A DNA stretch of 64,000 nucleotides from a bacterium. GTDB lineage: Bacteria > SM23-31. The stretch is from contig OZ252239.1 in NCBI GenBank assembly GCA_965249485.1, forward strand, positions 128,001 through 192,000, in the 5' to 3' direction. The position numbers and the translations under genes were made by a program. The notes under the pieces are model-generated. The model did no database searches and had not been told where the DNA came from. It saw only the letters and a program-made list of their open reading frames with translations. Below, in pieces: positions 32,834 through 42,983 of this stretch. Numbering within the stretch: position 1 is the stretch's first letter; each line of letters starts with the position of its first letter.

Positions 32834-33842
32834 TAGTATCTACTTTCCTTCCATCACAATGAAAGACTTCAAGTCAGTGTCACTTCGTCTTTTACTTGCC
32901 ATTGTTCTCATGTTGAGTGGTTGCGCTGAATCTGATCGAACCGATGGTACTGTTCAGTATCCGGATGATTCTTTCACCGTGCCGGACAACAATGAGCCCC
33001 GTTATGGCCTAAATGAGGGACCCACAGTCGGAATAGACGAAGCACATAAGAACTACCACACTGCTGAGGACAGGTATCGGCCATTCGCCAACCTACTTCG
33101 TGATGATGGTTATCGCATTGGACAATTCACCGAAACATTTAGAGGGGATGCACTAAATAAATTTGACGTACTTGTGATCTCCAACGCGATATCTTCTGAA
33201 AAGGAAAAAGATTGGAGCTTACCCACTGTCTCTGCATTTACGATGGAGGAAGTTGAGGCGGTCGAGGAGTGGGTAAGAACAGGCGGTCGGCTCATGCTAA
33301 TCGCTGATCACATGCCACACCCCGGAGCGGCGGAAAAACTGGCAAGAGCCTTCGGTGTAATTTTTTATGATAGTTACGCATACCGGCCGAATAGTTTCGA
33401 AGATCGTGAAAGCCAGTTTATTTTCTCGAAGGAGGAAGGACTCTTAGCAGATCACACTGTCACACGCGAAGACGGAGGGGGTGAGGTTCCATTCGTGGTA
33501 ACATTTACGGGGCAGGGATTTCGCGTTCTTCCAAACGTGCATGAGGAACCGCTATTGTATCTTGCAGACGATTCGTATTTGCTGCTTCCCACCAAAGCGT
33601 ATGAGTTCGATGAGAGTGCTGCGCGTGTTCCAGGGATCGGGTTTCTTCAAGGTGTATTGATAAAGCACGGGTCAGGACGGGTGGCTATGTTTGGTGAAGC
33701 GGCGGCCTTTACTGCGCAGATTCAAGAGCGGGCTACCGGCTCTTACCCGTTCGGCATGAATAACGCAGTTGCTCCACATAACGCCCGGTTTCTTCTCAAT
33801 GTCATGAACTGGCTCACTGCAGAACCTGGAGGCACCCCGTAA
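32826..33842 (+). CDS. DUF4350/glutamine-amidotransferase-like lipoprotein
   Basis: LSGC lipobox; IDEAH.NYHT, LIADHMP, GEAA.FTAQ. Confidence 0.7.
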   Translation: MNNSIYFPSITMKDFKSVSLRLLLAIVLMLSGCAESDRTDGTVQYPDDSFTVPDNNEPRYGLNEGPTVGIDEAHKNYHTAEDRYRPFANLLRDDGYRIGQFTETFRGDALNKFDVLVISNAISSEKEKDWSLPTVSAFTMEEVEAVEEWVRTGGRLMLIADHMPHPGAAEKLARAFGVIFYDSYAYRPNSFEDRESQFIFSKEEGLLADHTVTREDGGGEVPFVVTFTGQGFRVLPNVHEEPLLYLADDSYLLLPTKAYEFDESAARVPGIGFLQGVLIKHGSGRVAMFGEAAAFTAQIQERATGSYPFGMNNAVAPHNARFLLNVMNWLTAEPGGTP

Positions 33843-34215
33843 GTAATCACTATACTAATATAATTTCTGGCTCAACTTTTAAGAGAATAGTCACTGAGTA
33901 AAGGTAGCCGAAGCCGTATAGTTCAATGTAATTATGAGGCATCTGCATAGGGGTAGTAGGACACGTTTTGTTGAATAGGTGTCAGTTATTGCTATGAAGA
34001 TAAAGAGTTTCACCTCCGCTCTCAGGTAATATTGAGTATTAGAACGATTAAATAACTAAAGTACAATTGTTGCCGCCTCACGGCGTCAGCGAACCTCAAA
34101 AAAGGAAGAGCCGGATGCATGCGGCCGGATGCATGCGGAATGTTTATTTCCGTATTGTTTTCCGATTTTTCCAATTTAAAAAGAGAGCGCAGGGGTATGA
34201 GTTATATGTTGAAGA

Positions 34216-34242
34216 CTCCCCGGGCTGTACGATTGGCGAACC
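34216..34242. repeat. Repeat A core
   Basis: ctccccgggctgtacgattggcgaacc. Confidence 0.8.
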
Positions 34243-34295
34243 GGCTGTTATTGCATAGATTTCGTGTAAATATCTTACTTTCCGGAATTGCATTT

Positions 34296-34781
34296 TCAGA
34301 ATGACCAATTGACAATAGGTAAAAATTTAATTGGATCGCCACTTTTATTGACATTGACAAGTCCTATCTGTAAACCGTGCAGTGTTTCCGCAATATTAAC
34401 AAGACCGAACTGGAGCCCTTTTATATGGTTCGCTGAATTGACAATCCCGGATTGAAGTCCACTGGATCTTCCCTTTGTAACATTGACAGTCCCATCCTGC
34501 CAGCCTTTGAAATTACCTTCATTGAAATTCACGAATCCATACTGCAATCCCTGCATTTCTCCTTTTACCCTGTTGACGAATCCCAGATCAAATCCGAACA
34601 TATCCTGATTAACGCCGTAAATCAGATTCAATCGGATTCCATGAATAGATTTTTCAGAATCGACTATCTGGATAGGATCCCAGATCGCAAATTGAAACGG
34701 CTTAATATCTGATTGCGCTTCTACTACCCGGGGTAAAGCAGCACAAATGACTATGAGAATAAGGATCGCTGAGCTTTTCAT
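34296..34781 (-). CDS. Exported protein with G.Q.G.VN repeats (LA_2272-like)
   Basis: Repeated GLQxGxVN units; ends VNWSF. Confidence 0.8.
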   Translation of the reverse strand: MKSSAILILIVICAALPRVVEAQSDIKPFQFAIWDPIQIVDSEKSIHGIRLNLIYGVNQDMFGFDLGFVNRVKGEMQGLQYGFVNFNEGNFKGWQDGTVNVTKGRSSGLQSGIVNSANHIKGLQFGLVNIAETLHGLQIGLVNVNKSGDPIKFLPIVNWSF

Positions 34782-34982
34782 CTAATCCTCCATTAAGGGT
34801 GAATTTTTCTGGTTTCAAATTGCAAACATCAAAAATATATAGGGTGCGGTGAAAAAGAAATTCGCCAAATCTATTTGCTTTATCTATTGTATCCCCACAA
34901 TACATTATTGTCCAATTAATCACGTATGTAGTCAGAACAAGCTGAACATTTTGTATAAAAATGAAAGAAAAACACGTAACTG

Positions 34983-35025
34983 TTTCAAGTGTATTCTACT
35001 CGTCGGGCTGTACGATGTGCGAACC
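34983..35025. repeat. Repeat A copy
   Basis: tttcaagtgtattctactcgtcgggctgtacgatgtgcgaacc. Confidence 0.85.
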
Positions 35026-35076
35026 GGTTTCTATCGCATATTTATTGTTATAAAAATCAATATGTGAATTACACTG

Positions 35077-35979
35077 TTAAGTACCAAACAAATCATCGAG
35101 CAGTGAGCGACTTGGTGACACCATAATCTTCAAAACTGTCTGTTCGTAAACCTGATACAACTGAGGAAGCTTGGCCTTCAAGTCAGCTCCATTCTTGATC
35201 GTCCACTCATTCCCTCCCCCTCCATAGGGATCCTGGAGGTTCCAAGCGGTAAATATGACCCAATAACCAAATTCCTGAAGTTTAACCCTTAACCTCCGTT
35301 CTTCATCTTCAATTCTATCGTATGATGTGTCATCGTAATACCCTTTCTCTACCGCTTCCAGCATCATCTGATGAAGTTTCGATCCGCTTGTGACGGCCCA
35401 CTCTTCGGGAAATGTGTAATGAAGACCTACGTCGTTTGCATAGTGCAAGATGTGCTCGATGACCTCCCTAACCTGGCGTACGGGTGGAGCTTCATGAATA
35501 GTGTCGCATACACTGTTCTGACTTTTTGTGAAGTCCCATGCCGCCTTATCTTCGGGAGACATGTCACGAAAACCGTTGAAGGTTTCATGCTGAACGAGAG
35601 GAATCAAAGCTCTATACGTGTACATGTTCCTTATAAACTCTTCCTGAAGCGCATCATCGATAGAACCTCCCCGCGGAAACATCTCTGTGATGGTTTGAGC
35701 GACCCCCCGCATAAAGTCATCGGAGATATCATCCCGGCCAATCAGAGTAATGCCGTAGACCGTGAGTTTTTTCGTGAACGGCTTGTGCTCGTCTGTCGGA
35801 ACGACGCCGCTATTCATATACAGATTGCCGGGTACTTCACCCACTGACGAGATCAGAATGCAGCCCCCCAAATGGGTCTTTTCCGTATCAGTCGATACCG
35901 ATTCAACCTTTTCCGGACTACAGAAGCACAGAAAGAAGGCCAAAGAAAATATTGCACAAAAAACATTTCGAGTAGACAT
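35077..35979 (-). CDS. Exported zincin-like hypothetical protein
   Basis: EVIEHILH; paralog of 2023. Confidence 0.6.
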   Translation of the reverse strand: MSTRNVFCAIFSLAFFLCFCSPEKVESVSTDTEKTHLGGCILISSVGEVPGNLYMNSGVVPTDEHKPFTKKLTVYGITLIGRDDISDDFMRGVAQTITEMFPRGGSIDDALQEEFIRNMYTYRALIPLVQHETFNGFRDMSPEDKAAWDFTKSQNSVCDTIHEAPPVRQVREVIEHILHYANDVGLHYTFPEEWAVTSGSKLHQMMLEAVEKGYYDDTSYDRIEDEERRLRVKLQEFGYWVIFTAWNLQDPYGGGGNEWTIKNGADLKAKLPQLYQVYEQTVLKIMVSPSRSLLDDLFGT

Positions 35980-36224
35980 AATTGAGCCTCCTTCATTTAA
36001 TCTGGTATTCCCAATATCAATATTCCGAAATAGATTAACATGGATTTTTTTGAATTATGATAGCACGTCAATATATGCTATTGAAAAGAATAAACTGTAC
36101 GTCGTCAGAACAGTTCAACATTTAGGATTATATAGTAAGCGATAGTTTTAATTTCTGCAGGTGATAATAGCATATACAGCCCCAAGTATCGACCAAGTGA
36201 CAACAATTAACATTGAAAGCTTTT

Positions 36225-37349
36225 TCATTTCAAATCCGCTTCCCATCCCATCTCCTTGAAGAACTCCTCCCGGGTTGGAAATAGAAATGAGAGGATATCA
36301 TACAGCTCTGGGTCGATTATCTTGAGGTTTTCGGGTGTCAGAGGCATGCCGTTATAGGACCGATGCCCACGAACACCATAAGAAATATCGAGTCCGAATG
36401 TCAGGAACTCGTGACTGAATGAGCGTTCAGGCAATCCATCCTGTGGCTTATAAAATCCCCGATCGATCGCAGCATAAGTTGCATGCTCAAGCCGCTCCTG
36501 AACTCCTGGATAGGCTCTCATGATGCCGCTGCCGTGGATCCGATGGGTAATTTCTTCAACCGATGCGTCGCGACGAATTCCTTCCGGTCCGCCGAGCCGT
36601 AAATAGTCGGGAATGATCTCCTCGTCCTCGAGATCCTGCGTCCGTATGCCCAGGCTCCTTCTGTGCATATAAAAACTGATTGAGGTGTTGCGTTCTTCGA
36701 ATGTATAGAAAAGCGTCATGACAGAATTTCCCTCTTTAACGTACTCGGTGATCTTTCCGGACCCCCGTCTGTCTTTTGAAAGCAGTGCGTTGGCGACATT
36801 TGCCGCATACTCGATCTTTTTGGGATCAACTCTTTCAGTAGCATAGAAGCCCATTCCTCCGCCTTCCCGCCGCTGTGTGAAAATGTCTAGCGCATTTTCT
36901 TGCTTCGGGGTTTCTTCGAGCGCTATGATGATGAGGACCTGTTCCATGAACCCGTCGCTGTTCGTCGCGCGAACCTCCGCGTAATAGTGAGCCGGATAGC
37001 TGTCGGGATGCGCCTTGAGTCTAAGCTCGGCAGTTTCAGCGTCGATTTCAACGATCTTTGTTGCATCAAGCTGGCCTTCCTTCAGGTAATTCCTCCGGTC
37101 GCCTCCGGGTACCGGCGGCACAAGACTCCAGGTAGTTTTTTTTGGGTTCGGGAACATCAGTGCGATCTTATTATTATGAGAATATATTCCGAGAACTTCG
37201 CCCAATTTTGTTGCTTTGGTCACCAAACCGCGGTCGAATTCGTTGGTGACAATGGGTTTCTGCGCATAGCTTACACTGCCGAACGGAACTGCGAACAATA
37301 ATGGAATTACTAAAAGTAATGTTTTGATAAAGGTGTTTTCTTTACGCAT
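36225..37349 (-). CDS. Exported hypothetical protein with zincin-like VEEITH motif
   Basis: Signal peptide; DASVEEITHRIH..HEF..DPELY. Confidence 0.5.
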   Translation of the reverse strand: MRKENTFIKTLLLVIPLLFAVPFGSVSYAQKPIVTNEFDRGLVTKATKLGEVLGIYSHNNKIALMFPNPKKTTWSLVPPVPGGDRRNYLKEGQLDATKIVEIDAETAELRLKAHPDSYPAHYYAEVRATNSDGFMEQVLIIIALEETPKQENALDIFTQRREGGGMGFYATERVDPKKIEYAANVANALLSKDRRGSGKITEYVKEGNSVMTLFYTFEERNTSISFYMHRRSLGIRTQDLEDEEIIPDYLRLGGPEGIRRDASVEEITHRIHGSGIMRAYPGVQERLEHATYAAIDRGFYKPQDGLPERSFSHEFLTFGLDISYGVRGHRSYNGMPLTPENLKIIDPELYDILSFLFPTREEFFKEMGWEADLK

Positions 37350-37577
37350 AGTCTGCCTCCATTAGTAATATCTGCTTCCAAATTGAGTAGATGACATCTC
37401 CTTACATAATGTGAAAAGTAATAAAAAAATATAATAAAACAGATATTCCCCACATCAACTCTCTGAAAGAGATTAGTTGGGAATGTGACTTAAATATGAC
37501 GCTCTTTTAGCTGTATTGTACTTGGTCAGAGCGTACCGGTCACTTTGATATAAATCAAAGTGTATGCATCGTGCAAG

Positions 37578-37618
37578 TATAAGTATTTTCTACTCCTCGG
37601 GCTGTACGATTTGCGAAC
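37578..37618. repeat. Repeat A copy
   Basis: tataagtattttctactcctcgggctgtacgatttgcgaac. Confidence 0.9.
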
Positions 37619-37709
37619 TTTCGTGCTTATGTATCGTATTGGAAGCAGAAAATACGTCCGGACAATTTACAAACAAATCGTACCTGTCATACTTCCCGAG
37701 CGTCCGGCA

Positions 37710-39110
37710 CTATTTAATGAGATACAGCTCCTTATTCAGTGTCGTTAAATACTCGGTACCGGTTTCGGTGGCAACCGCCTGCTCATGATCCCAAAAGAAT
37801 AAATATTGGTCTTCATCTTTGTTGGATGTCAGTGACGGCATATAGAAAAAATACTCCAACACATAGTGGTGATTGGGTGCAAGCGGAATGTCATGCGTCC
37901 AATCCGGGCCGTACGAACCAACCCTCGGGCTAAAATCAGTATAGAGGGGATGGCAGTCGATACTCAGCAGCGTCTTTTCGGGATCATATCCGGCGGAATA
38001 CGCAGGAAAGTCGTTCTTCGGCTGCACCATATGCATCTGAGGATCCACAATAATAATCCCTGCTTCATCAAATTTTTGCTTGTAGTCTTGTACGATTTCA
38101 CGAGGGGTCAGCCCGGCCTTGATGGTTTCTACCAGAATTGCATCGATTTTCAGGTACTCTGCATAGAGTCTTTTGATTTCCGCCGGTGGTTCGGTCTCTC
38201 CTTTGCGGAGCACATAGGCAAACATTCCCTGGCTTGGAAATGCAACGATATCGCCCCTCTGGATCACACTGTTTTCATAGCCTTTCGTCCTTCCCCTTTG
38301 TGATACTCCTGTGCTTCTCCGGGTAAAAAACGTTCCCCTAAAATCGGTTCTTTTCGTTACACCCGGTACGATTTCGGAAATAGCTTTCATGACCCGTTCA
38401 TTTTGATCACTACGCTCTCTTTTCCATTTTGCAACTTCGACCGGCACCGGACTTGAAATGTAATCCAATAGCACATATTCGGACGAGACCAGCCTGTCGG
38501 CATATGTATCACCAAGCTCCTCGACCAATAAGAGGTAGTCAGTATACGAAATACCGTCCAGTACATTTTCGGTAGTCGGCCACGGTCCCAGATCTTGCAT
38601 GAAATTGACCGCAATGCGTTCGGGGTCACGTGCTTCAACAAATTCTTTGAGGCTCTTAAACCGGTAATCATATTCTGTCATAGGGTCTGACACCGGTTCC
38701 ACCACAAAAACCGGGTCGTGGATTATGTCGTAGGCTCCGCTTTTTTCGAGTAAATTGATCTCTACCTCTTCTCTTTGCCGCTGTGTAGCTCCCCAGCGGC
38801 GCCCGAGTACCGCACGTTCGATCCTGTCGCCGCCACGGTCCGTGAAGACGAAAAGGCCGGATTCACTGCCCAGCTCTTCTCTCCCAAAGCGGTCGGGAAT
38901 TGCATCTCTCATCACATGGATCCACATGTCGACATTGTTCTTCCTCATGGCCTGGGGCAAAATGAGGTCAAACTTTTCCCGGCGAATCTGATTCCTCAAT
39001 TCCACAGGTACCGGACCTCCCAAATCCTGAGCCTGTATATCAGCAAAAGGTACTGTGATCAGCACAGCAAACAAAAAAATCATACCGCGAGATTTCATGA
39101 CTTCCTCCAT
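37710..39110 (-). CDS. Secreted M24-like protein, close paralog of 12830
   Basis: Shared blocks such as RRWGATQR, PMTEYDYRF, HMVQPKNDFP. Confidence 0.75.
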   Translation of the reverse strand: MEEVMKSRGMIFLFAVLITVPFADIQAQDLGGPVPVELRNQIRREKFDLILPQAMRKNNVDMWIHVMRDAIPDRFGREELGSESGLFVFTDRGGDRIERAVLGRRWGATQRQREEVEINLLEKSGAYDIIHDPVFVVEPVSDPMTEYDYRFKSLKEFVEARDPERIAVNFMQDLGPWPTTENVLDGISYTDYLLLVEELGDTYADRLVSSEYVLLDYISSPVPVEVAKWKRERSDQNERVMKAISEIVPGVTKRTDFRGTFFTRRSTGVSQRGRTKGYENSVIQRGDIVAFPSQGMFAYVLRKGETEPPAEIKRLYAEYLKIDAILVETIKAGLTPREIVQDYKQKFDEAGIIIVDPQMHMVQPKNDFPAYSAGYDPEKTLLSIDCHPLYTDFSPRVGSYGPDWTHDIPLAPNHHYVLEYFFYMPSLTSNKDEDQYLFFWDHEQAVATETGTEYLTTLNKELYLIK

Positions 39111-39280
39111 TTGAAATGAATAGTGGCTTTATGTTTGTTTGTGTTATAATTCAAGAGTGGTCAGACTATATGATATTATAATTCTTACAATGGTATATGT
39201 ATGAACATCATTAAATTAGGGTGTATATCGTCAAAACAATGAGGGTACGATTATATAGATAGTAAGGAGTGTATTTTTAT

Positions 39281-39324
39281 TTTACAAGTTATTTCTGCTC
39301 CTCGGACAGTACGATGTGCAAACC
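39281..39324. repeat. Repeat A copy
   Basis: tttacaagttatttctgctcctcggacagtacgatgtgcaaacc. Confidence 0.8.
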
Positions 39325-39369
39325 TTTACGTTTGAAATCAATAGACAGATCGTTATTGCAATTATAAAC

Positions 39370-39400
39370 AAAAAAGGCTGACTCATACGAATCAGCCTTT
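39370..39400 (-). terminator. Rho-independent terminator
   Basis: aaaaaaggctga-ctcatacgaa-tcagccttt hairpin; U-tract on the minus strand. Confidence 0.75.
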
Positions 39401-39525
39401 GAGATCATGTAGGAAGCCCAATTTTTCAGCAGCTGGATTGTTCTGTAACAAACCATACGAGCAACAACGACACAAACAACTCAAGCAACATTCATAGCAA
39501 CTCTTCCCCTTAAGTAGCTTTAGGC

Positions 39526-40875
39526 TCAATGGAGCAGGAAAATTTTCTCATTTGGTGGCTGAATCCATTCAACTCCCTTGTTGGATATAATTTGAACATT
39601 TGAAATATTAAGTGAAAGAGGAAAACCGGGTCTTTCGGGAAGGTTCGTATGGACCATATATTCAAAAGCAAAAATATTATTCTCCTGAATCACCAGATGG
39701 TCTCTATCGCGACGAAAAGGCGCCATTGACGGACCGACAGCCTCGAGACCGCCATTATTATTACCCTGCGCGTGATTATCAATGGAAAATCCCGACTTAT
39801 CTGTATTAGCGAGTGCTTCCTGGAGCAGTCTATAGTCTTCAGGGCCATCTGTAAACGGTGTATATATATAGCCTGCATCTTCCATAGCTTTGATCATAGC
39901 CTCCAATGATTCCCCGGCGGTCATGCCGACTCTCATATGCGGCCTCATAATCCATTGACCCGCTATCGCCTGATCATAGGCATATTGTATACTTTCCGGA
40001 GCACTTAATTCCCCTTCCCGCAAGATATATCCATACGTTTTCGTATCTACGCTAAACGACGAAAATCCAAAGTCCATCCAGTCAGACCCGCCAGCACCAC
40101 AATGAAATAAATCACCGCGCTGTAATATGTAATTAGGCGATCTTATTTCAGATCGATCTGAAACAGCCGAGTAGAGAACATTGGCACGTACATCCCCTAC
40201 CGACGTTACACCCGGAGTTATGCTCAACAATTTTTCCATAACTCTCTGTCGAGCTATTTCCAGAGTATTGACCTGTACTGCCACTTCCCTGAGCGTTCTT
40301 CTTGTGCGGAAATCCGTAATGAGATTCTCTGCAGACATCATTCTTGCTGCATATTTAGGCCCTAATATTTTTTGCAATTTTACATATTGCGTATAGGATA
40401 TACCGTCTGCGACAGCAAGCCAGTCAGAATAATTTACCGCAATCGTTTTCGGGTCGCGTTCAGCGACAAATTCTGTTAATTCGTCATAGACAGAGAAATC
40501 CAGCTTGCCATAATCATAACCGGTAATGGCCCGCGCAATAGCAGTAGAGCCGCGTACATCAATATTTTCAACACCAAGTCTTCTAAACATACCGCCAAAC
40601 GAAGCACGCTCGATCCTGTCTCCTAAGTCGGTAAATATCAAATAGCCGTTGAGTTGTCCAAATTCATATTCCAATGGATCGGGATCTCCGGCACGGCCAA
40701 CATGGATCCACATGTCCACATTGTTATCACGCATCGCACCCGGCAGGACAAGGTCAAGTTTATCTTTCCGTATCAGACGAAGAACTTCATTTCTATCTGG
40801 CGTATAGGTCTGTGCATTGGCTGCCGGCACTGTGAACATCACTGCAATTAAAAATAACATTACTCGAGTTATCAT
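39526..40875 (-). CDS. Secreted M24-like protein
   Basis: Family motifs; GAGGAG RBS; tandem duplicate of 41174. Confidence 0.75.
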   Translation of the reverse strand: MITRVMLFLIAVMFTVPAANAQTYTPDRNEVLRLIRKDKLDLVLPGAMRDNNVDMWIHVGRAGDPDPLEYEFGQLNGYLIFTDLGDRIERASFGGMFRRLGVENIDVRGSTAIARAITGYDYGKLDFSVYDELTEFVAERDPKTIAVNYSDWLAVADGISYTQYVKLQKILGPKYAARMMSAENLITDFRTRRTLREVAVQVNTLEIARQRVMEKLLSITPGVTSVGDVRANVLYSAVSDRSEIRSPNYILQRGDLFHCGAGGSDWMDFGFSSFSVDTKTYGYILREGELSAPESIQYAYDQAIAGQWIMRPHMRVGMTAGESLEAMIKAMEDAGYIYTPFTDGPEDYRLLQEALANTDKSGFSIDNHAQGNNNGGLEAVGPSMAPFRRDRDHLVIQENNIFAFEYMVHTNLPERPGFPLSLNISNVQIISNKGVEWIQPPNEKIFLLH

Positions 40876-40928
40876 AACATTCTCCTCTTTTGGTTTATTG
40901 GTGATAAAAATTACGTTAAGCATATTAC

Positions 40929-40973
40929 TTTTACAAGTGTTTTCTGCTCCTCGGGCTGTACGATTTGCGAACC
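40929..40973. repeat. Repeat A copy (closest to consensus)
   Basis: ttttacaagtgttttctgctcctcgggctgtacgatttgcgaacc. Confidence 0.92.
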
Positions 40974-41018
40974 TTTACGTTTGAAATTAATAGACAGATC
41001 GTTATTACAATTTTAAAC

Positions 41019-41049
41019 AAAAAAGGCTGACTCATACGAATCAGCCTTT
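41019..41049 (-). terminator. Rho-independent terminator
   Basis: Same hairpin as 39370-39400. Confidence 0.75.
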
Positions 41050-41173
41050 GAGATCTTGTAGGAAGCCCGATTTTTCAGCAGCTGGATTGTTCTGTAACGA
41101 GCCATACGAGCAACCACGACACAAACAACTCAAGAAACACTATAGGAAACTCCTCCTATTTATAGATCAAGGC

Positions 41174-42553
41174 TCAATAGAGCAGGTTTATTCTCTCATT
41201 TGGTGGCTGAATCCATTCAACTCCCCGGCTTGAAACAATTTGAACATTTGAAACATTAATTGATAGTGGAAAACCGGGTCTCTCAGGAAGGTTCGTATGG
41301 ACCATATATTCAAAAGCAAAAATATTATTCTCCTGAATCACCAGATGGTCCCTATCGCGACGAAATGGCGCCATTGAAGGACCGACAGCCTCGAGACCGC
41401 CATTATTATTACCCTGCGCGTGATTATCAATGGAGAATCCCGACTTATCTGTATTAGCAAGCTCCCTCTGGATCATTTTATAATCCTCAGTGCCTATATC
41501 TTGAAAGGGTGTATATATATAACCTGCTTCTTCCATGGCTGAAATCATTGCCTGTAAAGATTCTCCGGCGGTCATGCCGACTCTCATATGATCCCGCATA
41601 ATCCATTGACCTTTTATCGCCTGATCAAATGCATATTGTATACTCTCGGGAACACTTGTTTCCCCTTCTCGCAAGATATATGCGTATGCTTTTGTATCCA
41701 CCGAAAACGATGAAAATCCAAAGTCTATCCAGTCAGACCCATGAGCATCACTATAAAAAAAATCACCACGTTGTAATACGTAATTCTCAGAGCCTGTTGA
41801 GGATTGAAATGTTTCATTTCCGGAATTTGCTCCTGAAGCTGAATAGAGAACCTGGGCACCTACATCTCCCGCCGATGTTTCACCCGGAGTTATGCCCGAA
41901 AATTTTTTCATAAGACTCTGACGGGCTATTTCCAGAGTATTGACCTGTACTGCCACTTCCCTGAGCGTTCTTATTGTGCGGAAATCCGTAATGAGATTCT
42001 CTGCAGACACCATTCTTGCCGCATATTTAGGCCCTAAAATCTTTTGCAGTTTTACATATTGCGTATAGGATATACCGTCCGCCACAGCAAGCCAGTCGGA
42101 ATAATTTACCGCGATTGTTTTCGGGTCGCGTTCGGCAACAAATTCCGTTAATTCGTCATAGACCGAGAAGTCTACTTTCCCGTAATCATAACCGGTAATG
42201 GCCCGCGCAATAGCAGTAGAGCCGTGTACATCAATATTTTCAACACCAAGTCTTCTAAACATACCGCCAAACGAAGCACGCTCGATCCTGTCTCCTAAGT
42301 CGGTAAATATCAAATAGCCGTTGAGTTGTCCAAATTCATATTCCAATGGATCGGGATCTCCGGCACGGCCAACATGGATCCACATGTCCACATTATTATC
42401 GCGCATGGCCCCCGGCAGGACAAGGTCAAGTTTATCTTTCCGTATCAGACGAAGAACTTCATTGGTATCTGGCGTATAGACATCTGGCTGTGCATTGGCC
42501 ACAGGCACAGTGAACATCACTGCAGCTAAAAATAACATTACTCGAGCTATCAT
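41174..42553 (-). CDS. Secreted M24-like protein
   Basis: Family motifs; long near-identical blocks with 39526. Confidence 0.75.
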   Translation of the reverse strand: MIARVMLFLAAVMFTVPVANAQPDVYTPDTNEVLRLIRKDKLDLVLPGAMRDNNVDMWIHVGRAGDPDPLEYEFGQLNGYLIFTDLGDRIERASFGGMFRRLGVENIDVHGSTAIARAITGYDYGKVDFSVYDELTEFVAERDPKTIAVNYSDWLAVADGISYTQYVKLQKILGPKYAARMVSAENLITDFRTIRTLREVAVQVNTLEIARQSLMKKFSGITPGETSAGDVGAQVLYSASGANSGNETFQSSTGSENYVLQRGDFFYSDAHGSDWIDFGFSSFSVDTKAYAYILREGETSVPESIQYAFDQAIKGQWIMRDHMRVGMTAGESLQAMISAMEEAGYIYTPFQDIGTEDYKMIQRELANTDKSGFSIDNHAQGNNNGGLEAVGPSMAPFRRDRDHLVIQENNIFAFEYMVHTNLPERPGFPLSINVSNVQIVSSRGVEWIQPPNERINLLY

Positions 42554-42698
42554 AATTTGCTCCTCCCGTGATTAAACATATATTCCTTGATATCAATACA
42601 TTCATAGAGATTATTTTGAACTGTGTTGAAATTTGAAGCTATTTTAAGATGTGATGTACTTCGTCTGTGCGTGTTGAAAAATATAATATATAATAGGC

Positions 42699-42743
42699 TT
42701 TTACAAGTGTTTTCCGCTCCTCGGGCTGTACGATTTGCGAACC
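42699..42743. repeat. Repeat A copy
   Basis: ttttacaagtgttttccgctcctcgggctgtacgatttgcgaacc. Confidence 0.92.
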
Positions 42744-42983
42744 TTTAGGCTCATTATTCTTGCGGAACAATATAATTATATGTAATATGGAGAACTTTAG
42801 AATAACTTGTTAATCCTCAAAATAAAAAGAACCGGTAGGGCGGAGAATCACCGAGGATGCAAAAAAACGCCTCGGATTTGCATAAATTTTCAAATGAATA
42901 TGTCGTAATATTTTGTGGTGCGTTTTTTGTATATTTTTTTGCGCTGATCTTCACAGAACCAACATAATTTGAATTGAAAAACA

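Noticed and set aside
34111..34138. Tandem 14-mer CCGGATGCATGCGG x2
   Set aside because: Single short duplication with no supporting context
37560..37788. Short plus-strand ORFs containing LLGLYDLRT
   Set aside because: This is the translation of repeat A; no consistent start or length across copies
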